A stretch of 47,275 nt of DNA. Origin: Ginglymostoma cirratum (Eukaryota). The translations under genes were made by a program, and so were the position numbers. The notes beneath the pieces were generated by a model. That model was not told the DNA's origin. It saw nothing but the letters and a program-made list of their open reading frames with translations, and made no database searches. Below, piece after piece: positions 37,125-47,275 of this stretch (its first letter is position 1; each line of letters starts with the position of its first letter). Location of the stretch: positions 1,925,941 through 1,973,215 of the forward strand of contig JAHRHZ010000085.1 in NCBI GenBank assembly GCA_024137785.1, given 5' to 3'.

Positions 37125-38920
37125 AATTGTAAATACATTATGGATAATAGGCTAACTAGGGAGAGAATAGGGCCCCTTAAAAATCAGCAAGGCCATATTT
37201 GCGTGGAACCACAGGGTTTGGAGGAGATACTAAATGTGTATTTTACAACAGTGTTTACAGTGGAGAAGGATATGGGAGATAGAGAACTTGGGGAAATAAA
37301 TAGTGACTTCTTGAAAAATGTCCGTATTACAGAGGAGGTGCTGAATGTCTTAAAATGCATAAAAGTGAATAAATCCTTGGACCTGATCAGGTTCACCCTA
37401 GATCTCTGTGGGAAGCTGGGTAAGTGATTGCTCTGCCCCTTGCTGAGATATTTGTACTATCGAAAGCCACAGGTGAGGTGCCTGAAGATTGGAGCTTGGT
37501 CAACGTGGTGCCACTATGTAAGAAAGGTAGTAAGGAAAAGCCAGGGAACTATAGAGTGGTGAGCCTAACATCAGCGGTGTGCAAATTGTTGGAGAAGATA
37601 TTGTGCAACAGGATTTACATGCGTTTAGAAAGGCAAGGCCTGGTTAGCGACAGTCAACATGGCTTTGTGTGTGGAAAATCATGTCTCACTAACTTGATTG
37701 AGTTTTCTTGAAGAAGTAATGAAGAGAATTGATGCAGACAGAGCAGTGGAAGTGACCTATATGGACTTCAGTAAGACATTCGACAAAGTTCCTTATGGTA
37801 GAGTGGTTAGCAAGGTTAGATTTCATGGAATACAGGGAGAATGAGCCATTTGGATACAGAACTGGCTCAAAGGTAGAAGACAGAGTGTGGTGGTGAAGTC
37901 TTGTTTTTCAGGCTGGAGGCCTGTGACCAGCAGTGTGTCACAAGGATTGGTACGAGGTCCACTGCTTTTTGTCATTTATATAAATGAATTGGATATGAAC
38001 ACACGAGGTATGGTTAGTAAGTTTGTAGATGATGCCAAAATTGGAGGTGTAATGGATAGTGAAGGAGGTTACCACAGAGTACAACGGACCTTGATCCTGC
38101 TAATGGGCAGATGAGTAGCAGATGGAATTCAGTTTAGATAAATGTGTGATGCTGCATTTTGAAAGGCAAATCAGGGCAGGACTTATACACTTAATGATAA
38201 GATTAATGGAGATGGTGCCGAACAAAGAGAACCTGAAGTACAGGTTCATAATTCCTTGAAAGTGGAGTCACGGATAGTCAGGATAGTAAAGAAGGCATAT
38301 GGTATGCTTGCCTTTATTGGTCAGCACATTGAGTATAGGAGTTAGGATGTCACATTGGTTAGGCCACTTTGGAATACTGTGTACAATTCTGGTTTCCCTG
38401 CTATAGGAAGGATGTTGCAAAACTTGAAAGGGTTCAGAAAATATTTACAAGGATGTTGCCAGTGTTGAAGGGTTTCAACCACAGGGATAAGCTGAATAGA
38501 CTGGGCCTATTTTCCCTGGAGTGTCGGAGGCTGAGGGGTGACCTCCTATAGGTTTATAAAATTATGAGGGGCATGGAAAAGGTGAATACCAAGGTCTTTT
38601 CCTGGGGTGGTGGAATCCAAAACTAGACCTCATAGTTTAAAGGTGAGAAAAGAAAGATTTAAAAGGGACTTAAGGGGCGACCTTTTCACTCAAAGGGTGG
38701 CACATGTGTGGAAAGAGCTACCAACGGAAGTCGTGGTGGCTGTACAATTACAAAATTTAAAAGACATCTGGATGAGTATATGAATAGGAGGGGTTTGGAG
38801 GGATATGGGCCAAATGCTGGTAAATGGGATAAGATTAATTTAGGACTTCATGTCGGCATGGACAATTTCGACCGAACGGTCTGTTTCCATGCTGTACAGC
38901 TCTATGACTCTCTGACTCTA
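37125..38920 (+). mobile_element. CR1 ORF2 fragment to 3' end
   Basis: VPEDW..KPGNYR..SCLTNLIEF, SKFVDD and EYCVQFW motifs with a 3' UTR. Confidence 0.92.
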
Positions 38921-39450
38921 AATGTCTAAAGCTTACACAAAATAAATCAGTTAGAAACTGATTTTCCTGAATTCCATCAAAGTTATATATTTCATTTCAT
39001 ACATATGAACATTGTATGAGATGGCTTTCATTGTTTCTTCATTGGTTTAAAGATTGCTGTACAATATGAAGCAAAAACTTTCAAAGGTTCAAGTTCACTG
39101 CACAACCCTAGTGGAATTTGAGTCACAGCCAGCAGTTGGTTTTGGTTGATAACTTGCAATCATTTGTTCTCATTTGTATGATATGATGGCCAATGGTATT
39201 GATTTTACTGAAGTCCCTACATTACCTCACCACTTACTATCAGGGACAATTAATTCACCTTAGGGGTGTGATCTAAACCCTTAGATTTACTTTTACATCA
39301 GATTCTTTGCAATGACGTTTTGCTCAAGTTGCAATTTGCTTTTCAGATGTAGGTGTAGCTGTAGTTCATAGATCTAAAAATAAAATCTATTATTGAAAGC
39401 ATTTCCAGCTTCTTTCGTCACTATCAGTCAATTTCAGCCTTGTTCTCCGT

Positions 39451-39456
39451 TATAAA
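39451..39456 (+). promoter_or_regulatory. Candidate TATA box of the IgSF receptor gene
   Basis: TATAAA 29 bp upstream of ATG 39480 and 62 bp upstream of ATG 39513. Confidence 0.3.
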
Positions 39457-39479
39457 TTCCAAAGCTTCAGAGGTACCTG

Positions 39480-39558
39480 ATGTGCATCATCTTGCCAATT
39501 CCATTTCTAAGTATGTTGGTGCTGCCCTGGCTATTGGCTATGGAGGTTATTTACACAG
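39480..39558 (+). CDS. IgSF VJ-C1-TM receptor, exon 1 (signal peptide)
   Basis: ATG at 39480 opens MCIILPIPFLSMLVLPWLLAMEVIYT (hydrophobic). It ends in phase 1 at CAG|GTATTT (donor 39559) and joins in frame to the V exon (G+AT = Asp, DAQIRVSQTP). An alternative ATG at 39513 has A at -3. Confidence 0.75.
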
Positions 39559-39944
39559 GTATTTTCATTTGTTATGTTATTGAGAGCAAAAATGCAGCAG
39601 ATGTTGAAAATCTATTTTTAATTTCAATTTTGTGATTAAAACATTTTTGGTTATTGTTGAATGTATTTTCACTCAGAATTGTTATGCAAGGTCTGAGATT
39701 AAAATGTGAGGATAAATGTAAGATTATGTCTGATTCTGATCAATGATACCAGCATAATGAGATGGTAAGACCACCAAAGTGTTTTTCAACAAAGGATCGC
39801 ACCAGCTCCTTGATCAAAACTCTTTGCTACTGTGCTTATGTCTAAGGATATTGTGGAGGTTTTACAGGCAAAATTTTTAATTGTCTTTCCAAAATGATGC
39901 GTTACCCTCGCAGTTTCATTGACTGATGTGAAAATTGAGCATGT

Positions 39945-40640
39945 CACAGAGTCAGATTCATACAGCACAGAAACAGATCGGTCCAACAAGTCTTTGCTGA
40001 ACATAATCCCAAATTAAACTAATCACACCTGCCTGCTCCTGGCCCATATCCCTCCAAACCTTTCCCATCATGTACTTATCCAAATGCCTTTTAAACATTA
40101 TCATCATACCCACTTCCACCACTTCCTCAGCAAATTAATTCCTCATGCAAACCACACTCTGTGTATAAACTTTGTCCCGCACGTATTTATTAAATCTCTC
40201 ACTTCTCTCCTTAGTGCTCCCTAGTCTTGAAATCCCTTACCCTAGGGAAATGACAGTTACCATTAAGTCTATCTGCACCCCTCATTATTTTGTAAACTTC
40301 TATAAGGTTGCCTCACAACTTCCTACGCTCCAGTGAAAAGAGTCCCAGCCTTTCCAGAGATTGTAGGAACTGCAGATGCTGGAGAATCTGAGATAACAAG
40401 ACGTTGAGCCTTTCTAGCCTTTCTTTATAACTCAAACCTTCCATACCAGCAACATCCTGGTAAATCTCTTCTGAATGCTTTCCATCTCAATAATATCCTT
40501 CCTATAACTGGGCAACCAGAACTGGACACAGCATTCAAGAAGAGGCCTCACCAATGTCCTGTCGAACATCAACATGACTTCCCAACTTAAAGGACTGAGC
40601 AATGAAGGCAAGCATACTAAAAGCCTTTTTAATCACCCTG
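39945..40640 (-). mobile_element. CR1 3' fragment in intron 1 (contains a ~50-bp PLE piece at 40357-40406)
   Basis: Homologous to 14779-15300. The insert matches 2783-2826. Confidence 0.85.
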
Positions 40641-41431
40641 TGTATGTGTGGTACCTGCTGAATTATACTCTTACAAAACAATTGCGGATGTTAGTTTTTG
40701 AAGGTTTTTTTGTGATCAATCTTAGTAAATGCACAGCAATATAGTTTGCATAAACATGTCAGTAGTTGTAAGTTGTACACAAAGAAGCACATAGTTGAAA
40801 AATAAAAATCAGGGCTTCAGCCAAGACAATAACCAGGCTGATAAATATAATGTTACATAGACACAAAGAGTGTGATGACATTGATAAGAATAACCACATG
40901 GGAGTGCATATCTAGGATGTTCAACTGTACAAAGCTATTATCTAGTTCATCTGACCATGAGTGCACTAAGATTATTTCTAAATTAATTAGTGTGTTAGGA
41001 TATATTAAGGAGCTAATTCAACAATAAAACTGAATACAAAGCAATTCAAAGACTTATCTGGGTGGCAGCAGCAACATGTCATTTGATATGCTCTTTCTCC
41101 AATGTACTGAACCTGATCACCTCAGCAAATGCAATCTAAAATGCATTATTATGCTCTGGCCTTCAGAAATGTTCGGTTTTAAGAATGTACATGATATCGT
41201 ATTGCGTGGCAATTGCATAACGGCATGGCAGATATGAACTGTTAAAAGGAAGTTGTTTTAGATAGCATATTTAGTGCTGGTAGTATTCAATTGTACTCAA
41301 TTAATGCTCAAAGCACGCATTTGATCATCAGGAAACATTCCATAATCCACAAGTCAATGATAATTGCTGCATGATATATGGCTTCAGCATCACTAATTGC
41401 AGTTGCATTTATTTGGTCACTGTCGATACAG

Positions 41432-41743
41432 ATGCTCAAATAAGGGTATCCCAAACTCCCAAATATGCCAACACGATCGCAGGTGGAACCATTCGTCTCT
41501 ATTGTGCATTCCCTCTTTACAATGAGCCTTCAGATGTGAATGTCTATTGGTGGAAACTCGGAAACAATCATTTTCTGCAGTCAAATGAAGGCAACAGAAT
41601 ACAATTTCTTCGTTTGAGGAAGGGTGAGGCTATTTTACAGCTGCTGAATATCAGCCATGATGACTCTGGACTTTATTACTGTGGTGTGAGACATTCTGAT
41701 AATCGATTTGTAAATGGGACTGGATCAAAGCTTGTTATCTACG
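41432..41743 (+). CDS. IgSF receptor exon 2: V-set domain with germline-joined J-like G strand
   Basis: Acceptor TACAG|, donor |GTAAGT at 41744; 312 nt, phase 1-1. Encodes AQIRVSQTP..IRLYC..VYWWK..AILQLLNISHDDSGLYYC..VNGTGSKLVIY, with B-strand Cys, C-strand Trp, DxGxYYC and a GxG J motif. Confidence 0.95.
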
Positions 41744-42504
41744 GTAAGTGGAATGTCCACATTAAATTATTTCACAAACACACAGAAAAAATAAAACCAA
41801 GCACATGTCTGTTCTGTAAGATTTTATGGTGGTTCATATTTGGGTCTTCCAAGAGTTTAATTCATACCTTTTAGAATTTAGTTAAAATTCTTATTCATTG
41901 ACACAGTCTGCTTCAATTGATTTATGAAATGAACAGGAACTAAATACAATATTTGACAAAGTATCACAAAGTCACATAATTGCTAGATTTAACTAAACAT
42001 GGTGTATTTTAGAGAGTGCAAAATTTTCACTTCCCACAGCAAATCTGTCACTGGAATGAAAATATTGTGGAAAAATCTTTATGTTTATGGTAAGTGACTC
42101 GTGAAATTGAAATCTCTATCTTTCTTTCAGCAGAATTTTTATTTTAACTGCAGAGCCCTCTGCAACATTCCTGGTTCCATGTTTTCCCTTTATATGATGA
42201 TGAAGCTTTTTGCATTGTCAAACCTGAGCCTTTTTTATACAGTGATGAATAATTATTTCAAAACTGTCTTTGAAATCAAGTTTATTGCATTTTCTGTCGC
42301 ATTTGTAAGCCAAAACTAAATCTAATTTTGATTAATGTGCTTGGGATACTATTTAAAACAGCATTTAAAGAAATTGATCATGCTTACAATTTTGTTTCTA
42401 TTAAGCATTTATACCTGCTACATACAAAGAATTTCAACCTATGTTTATCATTCAATTATTTTAAATCTACATTTGAAGGTGTCTCCAATGTTTCCTACTT
42501 ACTA

Positions 42505-43030
42505 ACGTAGGAACAGAGGAGCTGGAGGAGGATTTTCAGCATCTTGAGTCCACTCTGTCATACCAGATCACAGCTGATCACATTGGTCAATAGCATATTC
42601 ACACAATATCGCCATGATGACAGCAGTAACTCAAAATCTATAAATCTCTGCCTTGAACTTATTGAATGAAATCTGCAGCACTCTAGGGTAGAGAATTCCA
42701 AAGATTCACCGCCATCTCAGTGAAGAAAATTCTTCCTCATCTCAGTCCTAAATGTTTTATAATTTTTTTTGAGACTGTGGCACTTAGTTCTTCAGTCCAT
42801 AACAAGGAGAAGCATCCCTGTTTTTGTCAGTTTCTACCAAGTTGCCTATCGTTCTTTTTATCTCCAGAGAATTTAGGCTTAGTGTCCTTCATGTCTCCCT
42901 GTAGGACGTTCCCACCTTCCCAGGAATCAACCTGATTAAACTCCACAGCGCTCACTTTATGGCAAGTATATCCTTACGCAAAGGAAACACAACTCCACAC
43001 AATACAGTACTCAAGATGTGGTCTCACCAG
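42505..43030 (-). mobile_element. CR1 3' fragment in intron 2
   Basis: Degenerate similarity to 34715-35280. Confidence 0.65.
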
Positions 43031-43032
43031 TG

Positions 43033-43390
43033 CTGAAAACAAAAAATGCTGGAGATCACTACAGGTCAGACAGCATCCATGGAGAGAAAACAAACTAACA
43101 TTTCGAGCCTAGACAGCTCTTCATCAGGGTTGAAGTGAAGTGTTTAGGGGGACAGCATTTATGCAAAAGTGGGGGATTCGGAGGAGGTGTTGGAGTGCTG
43201 GGGGAGAAAGGATGTTGATAGCTCAGATTAAGTAATTGGAATGTGAGAATGGCAGAACATTCTATGTCTAACTGCCAGACTGGAAAGAACAGACAGTCCC
43301 ATTGGGTGGAGGTACGGGAGAGAGGACATGGTGACAGAGAATGTAACAATCAACACTAAAAGAAGGGAAGGAATGAGCTCACAATCTTTC
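43033..43390 (-). mobile_element. PLE terminal repeat in intron 2
   Basis: Reverse complement of 14225-14540. Confidence 0.8.
43093..43131 (-). ncRNA. Minimal type I hammerhead ribozyme motif
   Basis: AACC CTGATGA A GAGCTGTCTAGGCTC GAAA T GTT AGTT: core intact, one stem I mismatch. Confidence 0.6.
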
Positions 43391-43789
43391 AATTTATCTT
43401 TGTTGTTGTCTGTAATTAGTATTTGGAGCTGCTCAGTGATGAAGCAGAAGATTGGCACCAGATAGCATAAGTGCTGCTGTTAGCAGATTGTAGACAGTTA
43501 GGGGTCAGGAGGAAACACTGGTTCTGTTCTATGGAAATAACATTGGTGCTGAACTCAAGCCCGGGAGCCACTAACTGTTAATTGTATCTGCCAGTGAACA
43601 TGAGGGATCTGAGATGTGTAATTTGCATGAAGCAGCTTGCTAATTAAAAAAAGTTATGAACTTCAACAAATTCAGCAACAGCTCATTGAAGATATCTGTT
43701 TAATAAAAACTGAGATTGTTCCAATGATTAGATGCATGCAAGCAAATTGGGAATATTACATCAGTCACTATATCCAAACCACTTATACA

Positions 43790-45050
43790 GATCATGAACA
43801 TTAGGGGTCCAAGCAGTGATCCATGTGATACTGTTCTTACTATGAACCTGTGAATTGTCTTTTTATTCATGTTCTCTATCTATATTATGACCAGTTCTGC
43901 ACACTTTAGTTATATTTAATAACCTTCCAAGTGGGATTTCATCAAAAGCCTTCTGAAAATTGAAATACATCAAATCCAACAGTTTCACAGTTTGATTCTG
44001 CCTGGACTATTCTCAATAAACTCTATCAGGTTTGTAAAACATGAGTCTGCTGCCTTTAATCTATGTTAACAGTGTCCAATCTCACCATTATTGTCAAATT
44101 AATGGGCCTGTTTTCGCTCTTCATCTTGTTTTAATTATCGACTTTAAACCTACAACCTTCTAACATACATGCACAGTTGAAGAATTAATAGAAACCTTAA
44201 AGATGATTATCTCTGTAGCCACCTCTTTCAACTCCTTAGGGTGAAGGTCATTGCCATAATTTGTCCATTATCTGTCCTATTAATTGCTCCAATGCTACTT
44301 TTTTAAAATTGATATTAATATATCTTAGTTCTACATGGTCACTAGACTATCAGATCTTCATTATTTCATTTCCTCTCTTAAGACAGACAAAAGCTCCTTA
44401 CTTTGCATTTCTATGAGTCCTCTGTTCAAAATTATCTCTTCCTGTAACGGGCCTACAATTGTTCCTGCTAATCTTTCCTTTTTAGGTACCTCAAGAAGGT
44501 TTTACAGATCATTTTTATTTTTCTTCTAATTTCAAATTCAGATTCTAATTTCAAATTCTTTATAAATCCTTTGGTCCTCCTTTACCGAAATCTAAACGCC
44601 TCTGAACCTTCACATTTGCAACTTTTCGTGACAACTTTATAAGCCTCATCCTTTGATGAAATATGATCTTATTGCTTTTAATGTTCATTGTTAGCCCTGC
44701 CCCCTTCACTTCTTCTGTTGAATATTTTTGACCCAAAAGGATATATATATTTTCTTAAGTCACCCATGATTACAGCTTCCACATTTCTATATGTACTGCC
44801 TTAAATTTGAGCTGCAGTTTATATAAATCTCAATACCTCTGTTGGCAATTCTTGCTGTTTCTTAGCTCCACAGATCCATCCTTTTTTTCCAGATTGGATC
44901 CTTGTCACATCCTTCTCACTAATATTCTGAGTCCATCACTTACCTCAGTCCAACTCACCTCTGTACCTTTTTTTTGCCTATTCCTCCTAAATGTCAAATG
45001 TGCTTTAACATTCAGCCTCTCATTTTGGTCATTATGCAGCAACGCCTCCA
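43790..45050 (-). mobile_element. Highly degenerate CR1 ORF2 in intron 2
   Basis: The minus strand retains LMYFNFQKAFDEIP- and GSLLGP-like motifs. Confidence 0.55.
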
Positions 45051-45561
45051 TAATGACAATATATTATATCCTTTTATTTCCACTAACCCATGATTTCACC
45101 TACCTGTTGTGACCACCGTGCACTAATCATTTTGCACCAGTATTACTGAAGATATTATTATATATTTTCCAATGGTCTCATTTTTTTAATCCTTTTATTT
45201 ATTACACATACTTTATATTCTTGTGGAATGTTAGTTCTGTGTTTTCTATTTTCCACACAGACTGATCACTGAAATAAATCATGAAAGTTACATATAAATT
45301 AACAGACATAATTATTTTATAGTGTACTTTCATATTGTGTGCATCAGTGTCCAATTATCATCTCTACTTTCTTAAGTCCTACGCTTGATGGTGCAAAAGG
45401 AAAATCTTTGAATTGGTATCTCCTTTTAGCTTTATATAAAGTACAATGCCATTTGATATGTGTTAAGTTTTCATGTCACGTTGACCTTGATCTATCAGAA
45501 AATGAATAATTTTCAACATTCTTACTAAGTTTACATCTCTTCTGTAACTTTTTTTTAACAG

Positions 45562-45870
45562 TTCCCCCGCGTCAACTGCATATTGATTGCCACAAGACTG
45601 AACACAATGCATCAACGTATCTGGTTCTCATTTGTGAAAGTGTTGAATTTTACCCAGGGAATATAAGTATCAGTTGGTACAAGAATGGTGTGAATGTTGA
45701 CAATGGGATAAACACAGTTCTAAAGTTAAGTGCAGAAGGTCTGTTTGAATGTTCCAGCACTTTTGAAGATAAAGAACCTGTTAAAGATGGGACTTTCTAC
45801 ACCTGCAAATTATCTTATCTCACAATTGAAATGACCACCACCTACCAATTTTCTTCAACCAGCAATGACG
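45562..45870 (+). CDS. IgSF receptor exon 3: C1-set domain
   Basis: Acceptor TTTTTTTTAACAG|, donor |GTACAA at 45871; 309 nt, phase 1-1. Encodes VPPRQLHIDC..LVLICESVEFYPGNISISWYKNG..GLFECSS..FYTCKLSY, with the C1 hallmark C-xxxx-FYP-xx-I-x-I-x-W-x-K-N-G and YTC. Confidence 0.93.
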
Positions 45871-46944
45871 GTACAAATAATATTTGTAACGAATGGAAAA
45901 TAATATCTGATGAATACATGTATGTAGTTAACCAGGTTAAATCTCAGAACTAATGGAAGAAAAAGGGTCACGCATTCAAATTTTACATTGAATCCCATGT
46001 CTCAATTTTGCTTCAGTTCATGCTCAGCAAATCACCGACACTGGTGAAGCCAAGAATTACTTTCTGACTTAAGTTTCCTTTGAAAGCCTTGCAGGATATA
46101 CTGTGTGAAGTGTTTTAATTTAGAATTATGTGCATTACAGTGCTGTCAAGCAGAAAGGGCCCATTTTTTTCAACATCACTATTGATGATGAAATATGGAT
46201 ATGTGTCTAATGGTTGAAGGACAATTAGGAGTAAGATATCAAATCACTATTTTCTGATTTCTATGTAGCCACACTTGTCATGTAATATCCTAGTCAATCC
46301 ATGATATTTTCCGAGCTCTTTTAAAAGCACAACAATAGCTTTTCCATCTTGAATTGAACCATAACGTGGGTTAATTCAACATTGCAAATTTATTTTTTAA
46401 CAGTTTTCTTTGGAAAGCTGGGCTGCACTATATTTTTATTGTGATATGGAAAGATTGGTACCAATTGAGGGCTGGAATACTGCTCTTGCAATGCCATTCT
46501 GAGAATAATATTACAACATGCTAGAAATAAGGGTCAGTAACAATGGCATGTTCAGCTCCAGAAGGTACCTAGTTGATTCACAAAATATGATGCGTGATCT
46601 TGAAGAAAGTTCAAAATACAATTCATTGTTGAAATGATGTATCGTTGTAATGTTAAAATGCAAGCATGACCTCTTTGAATACTGTTCAGTGCTAGTATCT
46701 CTTTTTAAATTTGCAATATTAACACTTTATTGTTATCATACATAATGCATATTAATATCACATATTAAAGCAGCACTTGAAATGGGTAGAAAAGTGACTA
46801 ACAACATACTTGGCATTCCTTCAAAGCATTGCAGCCCCAGAAAATTTGGATATGTTTTCAAAATAATAGCCGGAGACATTGAGAAGTGGGAATGGATAAT
46901 GCTGTTTTACAACATAAATCTTATTTTTGATATTTATTTTACAG

Positions 46945-47058
46945 AAGATAACAGCATATTTTGGTACATAAAGGTGTATGGATCAGCAGGAGGTGGAATC
47001 TTGATTTTATTGTTTCTAATAGTAATGCGGAGGAGACATCCTTTGACATCATGTAAAG
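46945..47058 (+). CDS. IgSF receptor exon 4: transmembrane exon
   Basis: Acceptor TTTATTTTACAG|, donor |GTACAA at 47059; 114 nt, phase 1-1. Encodes EDNSIFWYIKVYGSAGGGILILLFLIVMRRRHPLTSCK (hydrophobic helix plus RRR stop-transfer). The gene may continue beyond the window. Confidence 0.88.
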
Positions 47059-47201
47059 GTACAAAATAGTTCAGTTGATTTCAGTTCCAATTGCTCCTTC
47101 AAGTTCATTCATTAGGGAAGGACACTTTGGAAGGCACTAAGGTACTTTGATTGAGGTAGCTGCTCTCTAAAATCAGAATATTAAATGAGAAAAGTAAGCA
47201 A

Positions 47202-47275
47202 AGATAACAAGGTGTGGGGCTGGATGAACACAGCAGGCCAAGCAGCATCATAGGAGCAGGAAAGCTTGACGTTTC
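47202..47275 (-). mobile_element. PLE-derived short element, cut by the window end
   Basis: Matches 2818-2890 and 28425-28498. Confidence 0.8.

Noticed and set aside
41371-41874. 167-aa single-exon ORF as the real protein
   Set aside because: Only 41432-41743 is bounded by splice sites; the flanks are intronic read-through.
1-47275. CRISPR arrays, rRNA, prokaryotic operons or defence-associated RTs
   Set aside because: The sequence is vertebrate; all RT ORFs are CR1 or Penelope retrotransposon fragments, and no regularly spaced repeat array was seen.

Overview
Eukaryotic, repeat-dominated genomic DNA, most likely from an elasmobranch (shark). This is inferred from HE1/V-SINE copies, CR1 LINEs and Penelope-like short elements. 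Most of the window is decayed and often nested CR1 LINEs, SINEs and Penelope-like element (PLE) fragments, and these explain nearly all listed ORFs. One apparently intact gene is present on the + strand. It is an immunoglobulin-superfamily receptor with four phase-1-linked exons: leader 39480-39558, germline-joined VJ-type V domain 41432-41743, C1 domain 45562-45870, and TM exon 46945-47058 carrying a Lys. It resembles a non-rearranging antigen-receptor chain. A decayed paralogous C1 exon lies head-to-head on the - strand (about 32023-32340). Further candidate minus-strand cytoplasmic exons, including an 8-nt microexon, lie at 0.6-3.8 kb and 24.1 kb. The PLE terminal repeats carry about a dozen minimal type I hammerhead-ribozyme motifs in three covarying subfamilies, several with intact catalytic cores. 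Orphan CpG-retaining, promoter-like islands (CRE/NRF1/ETS; ISRE) and an ETS-RUNX-E-box module are also visible. Repeat boundaries are approximate and were read by eye.
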